DNA of 64,000 bases, taken from positions 32,001 through 96,000 of the forward strand of contig CAWBBV010000004.1 of NCBI GenBank assembly GCA_963787125.1, written 5' to 3'. Within the stretch, counting starts at the first letter, position 1, and each line of letters begins with the position of its first letter. Shown here one piece after another: positions 19,486 through 30,338 of the stretch. Made by a program: the position numbers and the translations under genes. The stretch is from an uncultured delta proteobacterium (GTDB lineage: Bacteria > Desulfobacterota > Desulfuromonadia > Geobacterales > DSM-12255). The notes below the pieces were generated by a model. It saw only the letters and a program-made list of their open reading frames with translations, was not told the DNA's origin and ran no database searches.

Positions 19486-20364
19486 ATGCAGGCAGTTATC
19501 GACAAAGCAAACACCCTGATGGAAGCGCTTCCTTACATCAGGCGCTTTTCCGGCAAGACTATCGTCATCAAGTACGGCGGCCACGCTATGGCTGACGAAG
19601 CGCTGAAAGAGTCCTTCGCCCTGGATGTGATCCTGCTCCGTTCACTGGGAATCAACGTGGTTGTTGTGCATGGCGGCGGCCCGCAGATCAACGAAACCCT
19701 CAAGCGCTACGGCATTGTTTCCGAGTTTGTCCGCGGCATGCGGGTTACCGACGCCGAGACGATGGCGGTTGTGGAGATGGTGCTGACCGGCCAGGTCAAC
19801 AAGGAGGTCGTCGGCTACCTGAATCAGCATGGCGGCCGGGCGGTCGGCCTTTCCGGCAAAGATGGCAATCTGCTCCTCTGCGAGAAGATGCTCCAGGAGA
19901 TAAAAAACGAAGATGGCAGCGTCGAGATGGTCGATATCGGCTTTGTCGGCAATGTGGTCAAGGTCAACCAGGAGATTCTCCAGACTCTTGAGCAGGGCAA
20001 GTTCCTGCCGGTCATTGCCCCGGTCGGGGTCGGCGCAGGGGGAGAGAGTTACAATGTCAACGCCGATCTGGTGGCCGGGCGCATCGCCGGCGCCTTGAAG
20101 GCGGAGAAACTGATGCTCCTGACCGATGTCTCAGGGGTCAAGGACAAGGACGGCAAGCTCATCAGCAGTATCTCTCTGGCGGAGATACCGACTCTGATTA
20201 ATAACGGCACCATTTCCGGCGGCATGATCCCGAAGCTTGAGTGCTGCGTGGACGCCCTCAATGAAGGGGCTAAGAAAGCCCATATCGTCGACGGCAGGGT
20301 CAAACATGCTGTCCTTTTGGAGATATTTACCGACATCGGCGTCGGCACGGAGATAACCCAATGA
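19486..20364 (+). CDS. argB: Acetylglutamate kinase
   Basis: [31 protein letters not shown]. Confidence 0.97.
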   Translation: MQAVIDKANTLMEALPYIRRFSGKTIVIKYGGHAMADEALKESFALDVILLRSLGINVVVVHGGGPQINETLKRYGIVSEFVRGMRVTDAETMAVVEMVLTGQVNKEVVGYLNQHGGRAVGLSGKDGNLLLCEKMLQEIKNEDGSVEMVDIGFVGNVVKVNQEILQTLEQGKFLPVIAPVGVGAGGESYNVNADLVAGRIAGALKAEKLMLLTDVSGVKDKDGKLISSISLAEIPTLINNGTISGGMIPKLECCVDALNEGAKKAHIVDGRVKHAVLLEIFTDIGVGTEITQ

Positions 20365-21563
20365 ATTCTGTAAAGTGGATTGAGAAATCAGACAAATACA
20401 TCATGAAGACCTATGGCAGGTACCCGATCGTCCCGGTAAGGGGAGAGGGGTGTCAACTCTGGGATGCCGACGGCAAGCGTTATCTCGACTTCCTCGCCGG
20501 AGTGGCGGTCAACAACCTCGGGCACTGTCATCCAAAAGTTGTCAAGGCCATCCAGGAGCAGGCAGCAACCCTGATTCACTGCTCAAATTATTACCAGATT
20601 CCCCAGCAGATCGAGCTGGCGGAGCTGCTTTGCAGCCACTCCTTTGCCGACCAGGCTTTTTTCTGCAACTCCGGGGCGGAAGCAAACGAAGCGGCCATCA
20701 AACTGGCGCGAAAGTACAGCCGTGACATCAGCGGCAGGCCGGAGCGCTACGCTATCATCACGGCAGCCGATTCTTTCCATGGGCGGACCATGGCAACGGT
20801 TTCCGCCACTGGTCAGGAGAAAGTACAGCGGTTTTTCGATCCGCTCCTCCACGGCTTCTCCCATGTGCCGTTCAATGATATCGAGGCCATGACGGCGGCA
20901 GTCACAGAAGACACCTGCGCGGTCATGCTGGAGCCGATTCAGGGGGAAGGGGGAGTCAATATTCCTGATCCGGATTATTTGCAGAAAGTGCGTGAGCTCT
21001 GTGACCACCACAGGCTGCTGCTGATTCTTGATGAAGTTCAGGTAGGAATGGGGCGGACCGGCAAACTGTTCGCCCATGAGCATTTCGGCATCACCCCGGA
21101 CATCATGACCCTGGCGAAGGCTCTTGCAGGGGGAGCGCCGATCGGCACTATGCTGGCAAAAGAAGAGATCGCACGGGCCTTTGTTCCCGGCACCCACGGC
21201 TCCACCTTCGGCGGCAATCCGCTGGTCTGCGCCGCCGCCCTGGCAACCGTGCGGACCATGCTGGCGGATGGCATTCTCAATCATGCCGAAGAGATGGGTG
21301 AATACCTGCAGGGAGAGCTTGAAGCTCTGCATGTCCGGTTTCCGGCATTGATAGAAAATGTCCGCGGCATCGGCCTGATGATCGGCATGGGGCTGACGAT
21401 CCCGGGGGGAGATATCGTCAAGGCGGGGCATGAACGGGGGCTGCTCCTCAATGTGACCCACGACACCGTGCTGCGCTTTGTGCCGCCTTTGACAGTCAGC
21501 AAAGCTGAAGTTGACGAAATGATTGCCATACTTGGCGGGATTCTGGCGGAGGTTAATGAATGA
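20361..21563 (+). CDS. argD: Acetylornithine aminotransferase
   Basis: [34 protein letters not shown]. Confidence 0.96.
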   Translation: MNSVKWIEKSDKYIMKTYGRYPIVPVRGEGCQLWDADGKRYLDFLAGVAVNNLGHCHPKVVKAIQEQAATLIHCSNYYQIPQQIELAELLCSHSFADQAFFCNSGAEANEAAIKLARKYSRDISGRPERYAIITAADSFHGRTMATVSATGQEKVQRFFDPLLHGFSHVPFNDIEAMTAAVTEDTCAVMLEPIQGEGGVNIPDPDYLQKVRELCDHHRLLLILDEVQVGMGRTGKLFAHEHFGITPDIMTLAKALAGGAPIGTMLAKEEIARAFVPGTHGSTFGGNPLVCAAALATVRTMLADGILNHAEEMGEYLQGELEALHVRFPALIENVRGIGLMIGMGLTIPGGDIVKAGHERGLLLNVTHDTVLRFVPPLTVSKAEVDEMIAILGGILAEVNE

Positions 21564-22474
21564 AACGTGATTTTCTGGCACTGAGCCAATTCAGCAAAGA
21601 TGAACTTGATACCATGCTTGCCCTGACAAAGGAGCTGAAAGCGAAACAGAAGAGCGGCGAACAGCACCAGCTCCTCAAAGGTAAAAGCGTTGCCCTGATC
21701 TTCGAGAAATCGTCGACCCGCACCCGGATCTCCTTTGAAGTCGGCGTCCACCAGCTTGGCGGTCAGCCGCTCTTCATCTCTTCAGCCACTTCCCAGATGG
21801 GTCGCGGCGAGCCGATCAAGGACAGCGCCCGGACAATTGCCCGCTACTGCGACGGCGTCATGATTCGGACCTATGGCCAGGAGATCGTGGAAGAATTCGC
21901 CGCCTATTCAACCGCGCCGGTCATCAACGGTCTGACCGACAAGTTCCACCCCTGCCAGATCATGGCCGACATCTTTACCGTCATGGAGCATAAAGGTGGT
22001 TACGCCGGGCTGAAATACGCCTGGGTGGGGGATGGCAACAACATGGCCAACACCTGGATCGAAGCGGCCGCCATTTTCGGTTTTGAACTGCGCCTGGCCT
22101 GCCCCAAAGGGTATGAACCGGACGCCGGAGTACTGGCCTGGGCGAAGGAGAAAGGGGCGCAGCTGCTCCTGACGACCGATCCACGCGAGGCGGTAGCCGG
22201 AGCGGACGTGGTCAACACCGATGTCTGGGCCAGCATGGGACAGGAGGCAGAGCAGAAAGAGCGGGAAAAGGCCTTTGTCGGCTACTGCCTTGATGATGCC
22301 CTCCTCAGCCTGGCAAAACCGGACTGCCTGGTGCTCCACTGCCTCCCTGCCCACCGCGGCGAGGAGATCACCGACTCGGTCATTGAAGGAAAACATTCCG
22401 TCGTCTGGGATGAAGCGGAGAACCGGCTGCATATTCAAAAAGCAATTATGGCAACGCTACTGGGTGGGGCATAA
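21560..22474 (+). CDS. argF: Ornithine carbamoyltransferase
   Basis: SSTRTR, HPCQ, HCLP, EAENR. Confidence 0.97.
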   Translation: MKRDFLALSQFSKDELDTMLALTKELKAKQKSGEQHQLLKGKSVALIFEKSSTRTRISFEVGVHQLGGQPLFISSATSQMGRGEPIKDSARTIARYCDGVMIRTYGQEIVEEFAAYSTAPVINGLTDKFHPCQIMADIFTVMEHKGGYAGLKYAWVGDGNNMANTWIEAAAIFGFELRLACPKGYEPDAGVLAWAKEKGAQLLLTTDPREAVAGADVVNTDVWASMGQEAEQKEREKAFVGYCLDDALLSLAKPDCLVLHCLPAHRGEEITDSVIEGKHSVVWDEAENRLHIQKAIMATLLGGA

Positions 22475-22484
22475 AGGACAACGA

Positions 22485-22802
22485 ATGATTCATCTTGACG
22501 CAATCCAAAATATTGCCGAACAGATAGCCGAAGCTTTCCATCCGCAGAAAATAGTTCTTTTCGGCTCTTATGCCTATGGCGCTCCGACTGAAAATTCCGA
22601 TGTTGACCTGCTGGTAATTTTGCCTTTTGAAGGTAAGGGTGCACAGAAATCAGTAGAAATTATGCGCGCCGTAAAACCTTTGATACCTGTCGATCTGCTT
22701 GTAAGAACGATGGAACAGGTGTCTGAGCGGATAAGGATGAACGATTTTTTTCTGCGCGAAGTTATGGCAAAAGGGAAAGTTCTTTATGAAGCCGCTCACT
22801 AG
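22485..22802 (+). CDS. Minimal nucleotidyltransferase (MNT antitoxin-like)
   Basis: LFGSYAYG..SDVDLLV; start MIHLD. Confidence 0.88.
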   Translation: MIHLDAIQNIAEQIAEAFHPQKIVLFGSYAYGAPTENSDVDLLVILPFEGKGAQKSVEIMRAVKPLIPVDLLVRTMEQVSERIRMNDFFLREVMAKGKVLYEAAH

Positions 22803-23163
22803 AGAGTGGCTGGAAAAAGCTGAAGGTGATCTGGCAACGGCTCAGCGTGAGTGCCGCGCCAGAAAGCTGCCAAACTATGATGCGGTCTGTTTTCATGCCC
22901 AACAGTGCGCAGAAAAGTATCTGAAAGCTTTTTTGCAGGAGCATGACACAGAGTTCGGCAAAACTCACAATCTCTCCATACTGCTGGATAAAGTCATCGT
23001 TATTGCTCCCATGCTGGAGATTTTACGAGGCTCCTTGCAAGTGTTGAATATTTATGCGGTGGATTATCGGTATCCCGGCGAGTCAGCGGATAAGAACATG
23101 GCAAAAGCAGCATTAAAGCTCTGCCTGAGCGCGCGTAAAATGTTTATTGAACTGATAGAGTGA
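22786..23163 (+). CDS. HEPN domain protein
   Basis: FHAQQCAEKYLKA, KTHNL, RYPG; overlaps MNT gene. Confidence 0.9.
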   Translation: MKPLTREWLEKAEGDLATAQRECRARKLPNYDAVCFHAQQCAEKYLKAFLQEHDTEFGKTHNLSILLDKVIVIAPMLEILRGSLQVLNIYAVDYRYPGESADKNMAKAALKLCLSARKMFIELIE

Positions 23164-23216
23164 GTAATCTCAATAAGTTGTTAACAGCCTGAACAAATCT
23201 TAAAGGAGACACTAAA

Positions 23217-24437
23217 ATGGCAAAAAAACCGGAAGTCAAAAAAATAGTCCTGGCCTACTCGGGCGGGCTTGACACCTCCATCATCCTCAAGTGGCTGAAG
23301 AACGAGTACGGCTGCGAGGTCATCACCTTTTCCGCCGACCTTGGCCAGGGGGACGAGCTTGATCCGGTGCGGGAGAAGGCTATTGCCACCGGCGCCGACA
23401 AGGTCTACATCGACGACCTGAAAGAAGAGTTCGTCCGTGACTTCGTCTACCCGATGTTTCGCGCCAACGCCGTCTACGAAGGCCATTACCTGCTCGGCAC
23501 CTCCATCGCCAGGCCGCTGATCGCCAAGCGGCAGATGGAGATTGCCAGGATTGAAGGGGCTGATGCCGTTTCCCACGGCGCTACCGGCAAGGGGAACGAT
23601 CAGGTTCGCTTCGAGCTCGGGTACTATCACTTTGATCCAGCCATCACCGTAGTTGCCCCATGGCGAGAGTGGAAACTGAACAGCCGCCAGGCACTGATTG
23701 CTTACGCCAAGAAAAACGATATCCCGATTCCGATCACCAAGAAGCGCCCCTGGTCTTCCGATCGCAATCTGCTCCACATCTCCTTTGAAGGGGGAATTCT
23801 GGAGGATACCTGGGCTGAAGCGCCGGAAGAGATGTACGTGCTGACCCAGAAACCGGAAAAAGCGCCCAACAAGCCGCAGTATGTTGAAGTTGAGTTCAAA
23901 CATGGCAATGCAGTGGCAGTGGATGGCGTCGAGATGACTCCGGCCCAGCTGCTTGCTCATCTCAACTACATCGGCGGCGAGCACGGCGTCGGCCGGGTCG
24001 ACCTGCTGGAAAACCGCTCTGTCGGTATGAAGTCCCGCGGCGTCTACGAGACTCCCGGCGGCACCATCCTCCGTGAAGCCCACATGGCTGTGGAGCAGAT
24101 TACCATGGATCGCGAAGTCATGAGGATCCGTGACTCCCTCATCCCTGAATACGCCAAACAGATCTACGCCGGTTACTGGTTTTCACCGGAGCGGGAAATG
24201 CTCCAGACGCTGATCGACGAATCGCAGAAATGCGTCAACGGCGTCGCCCGGGTCAAGCTCTACAAAGGGCACTGCCGCACCGTCGGCCGCAAATCGGAAA
24301 CCGACTCACTCTTCAACCTCGACTTTGCGACCTTTGAAAAGGACAAGGTTTACAATCAGGCTGATGCCGAAGGGTTCATCAAGATCAACTCGCTCCGCCT
24401 GCGGATCAGATCGCTGATGAAGGCAAAAAGGAAGTGA
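23217..24437 (+). CDS. argG: Argininosuccinate synthase
   Basis: [31 protein letters not shown]. Confidence 0.97.
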   Translation: MAKKPEVKKIVLAYSGGLDTSIILKWLKNEYGCEVITFSADLGQGDELDPVREKAIATGADKVYIDDLKEEFVRDFVYPMFRANAVYEGHYLLGTSIARPLIAKRQMEIARIEGADAVSHGATGKGNDQVRFELGYYHFDPAITVVAPWREWKLNSRQALIAYAKKNDIPIPITKKRPWSSDRNLLHISFEGGILEDTWAEAPEEMYVLTQKPEKAPNKPQYVEVEFKHGNAVAVDGVEMTPAQLLAHLNYIGGEHGVGRVDLLENRSVGMKSRGVYETPGGTILREAHMAVEQITMDREVMRIRDSLIPEYAKQIYAGYWFSPEREMLQTLIDESQKCVNGVARVKLYKGHCRTVGRKSETDSLFNLDFATFEKDKVYNQADAEGFIKINSLRLRIRSLMKAKRK

Positions 24438-24459
24438 CAATGGCTTCAGCGCTGAGAGA

Positions 24460-25518
24460 ATGCCGATGAAATCGATCCTTGTCACCGGATCCTCAGGGCT
24501 GATCGGCTCGGAAGTTGTGACGTACTTCCACAAACTCGGCTTCGAAATTCACGGCATTGACAATAACCAGCGGGAGCTTTTCTTTGGCCCCCAGGGGAGC
24601 ACCCGCTGGAGCCAGGCCCGGCTTGTAGAATCACTGCATAACTTTCACCACCATGAACTGGATATCAGAGATCGTCACGGGGTGCTGGACCTAGTCCGCA
24701 CCCTCAGACCTGCTGCAATCATCCATGCTGCCGCTCAGCCCTCACATGATTTGGCCGCCACCATCCCCTTTGACGACTTCGACACCAATGCCGTCGGCAC
24801 GTTGAACCTTCTTGAAGCCGCCAGGCAAGCCTGCCCGGAAGCGCCGTTCATCCATATGTCCACCAACAAGGTTTATGGTGACCGCCCCAACAACATCCCG
24901 TTGAAGGAGCTGGAAGCCCGCTGGGAGTATGATGACCCTGCCTTTGTTAATGGTATCCCCGAATCTTTTTCCATCGATCAATCCAAGCACTCGCTGCTGG
25001 GAGCGTCCAAGCTGGCCGCCGATGTCATGGTGCAGGAATACGGCCGCTACTTCGGCATGCCGACCTGCTGCCTGCGGGGCGGCTGCCTTACCGGCCCCAA
25101 TCACTCCGGAGTAGAGCTGCACGGCTTTCTCAGTTATCTGGTGAAGTGTAATCTCGAAGAGCGCCCTTACACGGTGTTCGGTTACAAAGGGAAACAGGTA
25201 CGTGACAATATCCACTCCGAGGATGTTGCCAGATTTATCCATGCCTTCTTTGAAAACCCCCGCAGTGGCGAAGTTTATAACCTTGGCGGCGGGAAAGATA
25301 ACGCCTGCTCGGTTCTGGAAGCTTTTGACCTGGCAGAAGAGTTCAGCGGCAAAAAGCAGTTTTACTCTTATCGGGACGAAAACAGGGTCGGTGACCATAT
25401 CTGCTACTATAGCGATCTGAAAAAAATAAAAGAGCATTACCCCGATTGGAGCATCACCCGATCGCTGCGGCAGATCATTACCGAGATAGCCTGCTCCTGG
25501 CGGGAGAGACTCCCTTGA
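24460..25518 (+). CDS. NAD-dependent epimerase/dehydratase (CDP-paratose 2-epimerase-like)
   Basis: [26 protein letters not shown]. Confidence 0.88.
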   Translation: MPMKSILVTGSSGLIGSEVVTYFHKLGFEIHGIDNNQRELFFGPQGSTRWSQARLVESLHNFHHHELDIRDRHGVLDLVRTLRPAAIIHAAAQPSHDLAATIPFDDFDTNAVGTLNLLEAARQACPEAPFIHMSTNKVYGDRPNNIPLKELEARWEYDDPAFVNGIPESFSIDQSKHSLLGASKLAADVMVQEYGRYFGMPTCCLRGGCLTGPNHSGVELHGFLSYLVKCNLEERPYTVFGYKGKQVRDNIHSEDVARFIHAFFENPRSGEVYNLGGGKDNACSVLEAFDLAEEFSGKKQFYSYRDENRVGDHICYYSDLKKIKEHYPDWSITRSLRQIITEIACSWRERLP

Positions 25519-26585
25519 AACTCCTCATAACAGGCATCTGCGGTTTTGTCGGCAGCACCCTGGCAAAAAGCTGGCTTGAGGCCGTGCCGGGATTAACCAT
25601 CTGCGGCATCGACAATCTCGCCCGCCCCGGCAGCGAGTTGAATCGGCGCCAACTCCAAAATCTCGGCATAAAAATCTTTCATGGCGATATCAGAATCCAG
25701 TCTGACGTTGACAATCTCCCGCCGGTTGACTGGGTGCTTGACGCGGCTGCCAACCCGAGCGTGCTGGCGGGGGTTGACGGCGAAACGAGCAGTCGCCAGC
25801 TTATAGAGCATAATCTGCTCGGGACCATCAACCTGCTGGAATACTGCAAGCGGCACAGCGCCGGCTTCATTCTGCTCAGTACCAGCCGGGTCTACTCTAT
25901 CAAACCTTTGACCGAACTCCTGGTTGAATCGTGCGGAAAGTCATATCGCCTCAAAGCCGACCAACAGCTGCCGGCAGGACTTACCGCTGCCGGAGTCAGC
26001 GAAACCTTCACTACCACGCCGCCAATCTCTCTTTACGGCAGCACCAAGCTTGCCTCGGAACTGCTGGCGCTTGAATATGGCGAGACTTTCGGCTTCCCGG
26101 TCTGGATCAACCGCTGTGGTGTGCTGGCCGGCGCCGGCCAGTTCGGCCGCCCGGATCAGGGAATTTTCGCTTACTGGATCAACGCCTGGTTGCGAAAACA
26201 GCCACTCAAGTACATCGGCTTTGGCGGCAACGGTTTCCAGGTGCGTGACTGCCTCCATCCGCAAGACCTCATCCCCTTGCTCCGGCAACAGACCTCCCGA
26301 GTCCCGTCAGCAACCAATCGTTTGCTTAATCTTGGCGGCGGCACGGCAAATTCAAGCTCACTGGCAGAGCTGAGTGACTGGTGTTGTGAGCGCTTTGGTG
26401 ATAATGAAATCAGCAGCAGCCCGGAAATCCGCAGATTCGATATCCCCTGGCTGCTCATGGACTCATCTCTTGCTGAAAAAACCTGGGGCTGGCGACCGCA
26501 AACCTCACTGTACGAAATCTTCGCCGAAATTGCGCTGCATGCTGAAGCGCATCCTGAGTGGCTTGAAATATCAGGGGCCTTATGA
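25515..26585 (+). CDS. NAD-dependent epimerase/dehydratase (second paralog)
   Basis: [22 protein letters not shown] start overlaps previous stop. Confidence 0.88.
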   Translation: MKLLITGICGFVGSTLAKSWLEAVPGLTICGIDNLARPGSELNRRQLQNLGIKIFHGDIRIQSDVDNLPPVDWVLDAAANPSVLAGVDGETSSRQLIEHNLLGTINLLEYCKRHSAGFILLSTSRVYSIKPLTELLVESCGKSYRLKADQQLPAGLTAAGVSETFTTTPPISLYGSTKLASELLALEYGETFGFPVWINRCGVLAGAGQFGRPDQGIFAYWINAWLRKQPLKYIGFGGNGFQVRDCLHPQDLIPLLRQQTSRVPSATNRLLNLGGGTANSSSLAELSDWCCERFGDNEISSSPEIRRFDIPWLLMDSSLAEKTWGWRPQTSLYEIFAEIALHAEAHPEWLEISGAL

Positions 26586-27346
26586 GTCCGGAACCGGAAG
26601 TCAAATTGCCATTGCAGCGGCTCTCCATTGTCATTCCGGCTCGGGATGAAGAGGGCTGCATTGTCTCAACAATCGAACATCTGCATCTCGAACTGAATCT
26701 ACAGAATGTCCCCCATGAGATCATCGTCGTTGACGACGGCAGCAGCGATCGTACCTGGGAACTGCTTCTGGAACTGCAGCCGCGGCTGCCCGAGTTGAAA
26801 CCCTTCCAGAATTATGGTCTGCACGGCTTTGGCAGGGCGATCATCGCCGGCCTGGATCACATGCAGGGGGATGCTGTTGTCATTATGATGGCCGACGAAT
26901 CTGATGACTGTCGCGATGTCGTCCGTTACTGGCAGGAGCTGCAAAGCGGCTATGACTGCGTTTTCGGCAGTCGTTTCATCAAGGGTGGCGGCACCATCGA
27001 TTATCCGTACGTGAAAATGTTCTTCAACCGGCTGGCCAACGCTTTCCTGCAGTTTCTCTTCGGCATCAACCTTAACGACACCACCAACGCCTTCAAGGGG
27101 TATCGCAAAGAGGTCATTGACGGCTGCAGGCCGCTGATCGCCCCGCACTTCAACCTGACCGTTGAGCTGCCGCTCAAGGCGATTGTCCGTGGCTATTCCT
27201 GGAAAGTCATCCCCATAACCTGGAAGAACCGCCGCAGCGGCGTGGCCAAGCTGAAGATCAAGGAGATGGGGAGTCGCTATCTGTTCATCTGCCTGTATGT
27301 CTGGCTGGAGAAATATTTCTCCTGCGGTGATTATCGCAAGAAATGA
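26582..27346 (+). CDS. GT2 glycosyltransferase (DPM synthase-like)
   Basis: IVIPARDE, VVDDGSSD, MADESD, FGSRF. Confidence 0.9.
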   Translation: MSPEPEVKLPLQRLSIVIPARDEEGCIVSTIEHLHLELNLQNVPHEIIVVDDGSSDRTWELLLELQPRLPELKPFQNYGLHGFGRAIIAGLDHMQGDAVVIMMADESDDCRDVVRYWQELQSGYDCVFGSRFIKGGGTIDYPYVKMFFNRLANAFLQFLFGINLNDTTNAFKGYRKEVIDGCRPLIAPHFNLTVELPLKAIVRGYSWKVIPITWKNRRSGVAKLKIKEMGSRYLFICLYVWLEKYFSCGDYRKK

Positions 27347-27390
27347 ACTTCAAATAATTGCCAGCAACGCCCATCGACAAGGAGAACCCG

Positions 27391-27903
27391 ATGCCCCAGT
27401 CCGACAGTCTCAAACGGTACCGCGCTTACGAGATATTCTCCCAGGCAACCGGCCTGGAGATCAGGGAGGCGACAAAAAGCAGCGAAGAGAAGGGGATTGT
27501 CACCGAGCGCAGCGGCAGAATCCAGCTTCGCTTTTTCAAGCTTACCCCGAAAACCAGCCCGGAAGAGGTTACCCAGATCCGCTTCATCTGCGAGCCGGAC
27601 GAAGCCTTTGAGCTTGCCCTCAAGATCAGCCAGGTGGGGAGTTCAGCACTGGCCTGCAAGGAGAAGTTGAGTCCACACAAGTTTTCGACAACTGATCACG
27701 GAGAAACGGTCACGACTCTCAGCGTGGAGAAATGGGAGCGGAACGGCAAAAGCGGCTACGCCCTGACTGTCGGGCGCGGCAAGGATTTTATCAGCGTGCC
27801 GATGCCGCTTGCCAAATTCCTCTTTGCCGGAGAATTTTTACGGGGGCTCTCTGTTGAGCAGTGCTGGCTGGAGCGGATAGAGAAGAGGCCCAGCGGAAAG
27901 TAA
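27391..27903 (+). CDS. Hypothetical protein (possible PC4/Whirly-like fold)
   Basis: ORF with AAGGAG RBS; repeated strands-then-helix pattern; fold is inference. Confidence 0.6.
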   Translation: MPQSDSLKRYRAYEIFSQATGLEIREATKSSEEKGIVTERSGRIQLRFFKLTPKTSPEEVTQIRFICEPDEAFELALKISQVGSSALACKEKLSPHKFSTTDHGETVTTLSVEKWERNGKSGYALTVGRGKDFISVPMPLAKFLFAGEFLRGLSVEQCWLERIEKRPSGK

Positions 27904-27974
27904 AGGGTTGCAGGATGCGTTGCCACTCGTTTATGCTTCACAGATTACCGAAATAAATCAACATACGGAGATTC

Positions 27975-29355
27975 ATGATGTCAAAAGACAAACTCTGGGG
28001 CGGACGCTTTGCCCAGCCGACCAACAAATTTGTAGAGGAGTTCACCGCTTCGATTAATTTCGACAAACGCCTCTACAGTCAAGATATACGGGGCTCCATA
28101 GCCCATGCCGCCATGCTGGGCAAGCAGGGGATCATCCCGCTGACCGATGTTGAGGCGATTACCAGCGGCCTTAACGACATCCTCAGCCAGATAGAAGCGG
28201 GCGAGTTTGACTTTTCGGTCAGTCTCGAAGACATCCATATGAACATCGAAGCCCGCCTCTCAGCCAAAATCGGCGAAGCAGGCAAGCGGCTCCATACCGG
28301 CCGCTCCCGTAACGACCAGGTGGCGCTGGACATCCGTCTTTACCTGCGGGACGAGATCGTCGAGGTCTCCGCCTATCTTGACCGGCTGATCGACTCGCTC
28401 CTGTTTCAGGCGGAAAAGAACATCAGCGTCATCATGCCGGGTTACACCCACCTGCAGACCGCCCAGCCGATCCTTTTCAGCCATCACATGCTCGCCTATG
28501 TGGAGATGTTCAGCCGGGACAAGGGGCGGATGGAGGACTGTCTCAAGCGGGTCAACGTCATGCCGCTCGGGGCGGGTGCTCTTGCCGGGACAACCTTTCC
28601 GATCGATCGCGAGCATGTGGCGCGAGCTGCTGGAGTTCCCGGAAGTGACTCGCAACTCCCTTGATTCGGTCTCTGACCGGGATTTTGCCCTGGAGTTCAT
28701 CAGCGCCTCAAGCATCCTGATGATGCATCTGTCCCGCTTCTCCGAGGAGCTGATTATCTGGTCAACCAGCGAATTCAAGTTCATCGACCTTTCCGACGGT
28801 TTCTGCACCGGATCAAGCATCATGCCCCAGAAAAAGAATCCGGATGTGCCGGAACTGGTGCGGGGGAAGACCGGTCGGGTCTACGGCAACCTCATGGCGC
28901 TCCTGACCGTCATGAAGGCGCTGCCGCTCGCCTACAACAAGGATATGCAGGAAGACAAGGAGCCGCTCTTCGACACCATCGACACGGTCAAAGGCTCTCT
29001 GAAAATATTTGCCGACATGATCCGGGAGATGAAAGTAAATAGTGCGAATATGCGCGCTGCCGCCGCGAAGGGTTTCTCCACCGCCACCGATGTGGCCGAT
29101 TATCTTGTCCGCCAGGGGATGCCGTTCCGTGATGCCCATGAAGTTGTGGGAAAATCGGTCGCTTACTGCCTGTCAAACAGCAAGGATCTGCCGGAGCTGA
29201 CCATGGAAGAGTGGCAGAGCTTCTCGACCATGATCGGTAGCGATATTTACGACAGTATTACTCTGGAGGCCTCTGTCAATGCCCGCACGGCGACCGGCGG
29301 CACGGCGCTGGCAGGGGTAAAACGGGAGATTGAACGTGTAAAGGCACGTCGCTGA
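27975..29355 (+). CDS. argH: Argininosuccinate lyase (one extra base near 28622, likely sequence error)
   Basis: [16 protein letters not shown] in the first frame; [12 protein letters not shown] in the second; removing one base restores HVAELLEFP. Confidence 0.93.
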
Positions 29356-29356
29356 G

Positions 29357-30115
29357 ATGAGAGTAGTTCTACCGCTTTTACTCTGCCTGTTGTTTCTCTC
29401 CGCCTGCGGCAGAAAGGGGGCGCTGATGCCGCCTGAAGCCCTTGTTCCGGCTGCCGTTCAGGATCTGAGCGTCCTGCAGTCCGGAGAGGATTTCAGGATT
29501 GTCTGGAGCGCACCGACGAAAGAGAAAGGCGGCCGGCCGCTGCGGGATCTGGCCGAATTCAGGCTGCTGCGGCGCAGCATCGCCGGTGATGGTAGCGACT
29601 GCTCGTCCTGTACCGACTCGTGGAAGCTGTTGACGACTGTTGCGCTGGACGTGCCTGGTGAGGCGGTAAAATACGGAGAAACCTTTATCTACCGGGACAA
29701 GGGTCTTGCTCCGGGCAGCAGCAGCCAGTACCGGCTGCTGGCCATAAGCCGGAGCGGCGGGATAAGCGCACCGGCAATCTCACCGGTGAAGAAGCTGCAG
29801 CCGGTTACAACTCCCCCCGCTTTGAAAGCGCAGCTCGCACCAGCTGCCATCAGGCTTGAATTCGGCGCTGTTGGGGCCGGCACAGCAAAACTGCTCGGTT
29901 TTAATATCTACCGCCGCAAAATTGGCGAAAATTCAGCCGCGCTACCGCAAAATGCCGTGCCGATCAATAAGAATTACTGGGAAGACCATGAGCTCGAACT
30001 CGGCCAGACCTACCGGTACAGAGCAACTGCAGTGGTGGAGCGTGAGGGTGAAACCGTCGAATCACCCCTTTCGGCAGAAATCGAACTGCTGTACTCTCTC
30101 CAGGAGCTCCGCTGA
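29357..30115 (+). CDS. Lipoprotein with fibronectin type III-like domains
   Basis: Lipobox LSAC-GRKG; FN3-like W/Y pattern. Confidence 0.8.
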   Translation: MRVVLPLLLCLLFLSACGRKGALMPPEALVPAAVQDLSVLQSGEDFRIVWSAPTKEKGGRPLRDLAEFRLLRRSIAGDGSDCSSCTDSWKLLTTVALDVPGEAVKYGETFIYRDKGLAPGSSSQYRLLAISRSGGISAPAISPVKKLQPVTTPPALKAQLAPAAIRLEFGAVGAGTAKLLGFNIYRRKIGENSAALPQNAVPINKNYWEDHELELGQTYRYRATAVVEREGETVESPLSAEIELLYSLQELR

Positions 30116-30196
30116 CGACCCTACCGGCCTGAATATTTTGACTTTTCCCTGCCGGCATGATAGAAAAAAACACTTTTATTTGAAGCTTTTACAAAA

Positions 30197-30300
30197 ATGA
30201 ATCATTTTCAGTACAAGGGCATTGAACTTTTGCTGAGGATGTTGCCCTGAAAGATATTACCGAAAAAGTTGATCGCAAAAGGTTGTCTACTCCGGTGTCG
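30197..30300 (+). pseudogene. lysA: 5' remnant of diaminopimelate decarboxylase
   Basis: With one base restored reads MNHFQYKGIELFAEDVALKDITEKV, a LysA-like N-terminus at the position expected for lysA; the rest is absent. Confidence 0.6.
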
Positions 30301-30338
30301 GCGATACGGCCGCATCGTTCCTGTAAACAGGGGTTATT

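Noticed and set aside
20583..24083. Long antisense ORFs opposite argD and argG (and similar ones opposite larB, MFS and the flavoprotein gene)
   Set aside because: Shadow frames of GC-rich coding genes with no motifs.
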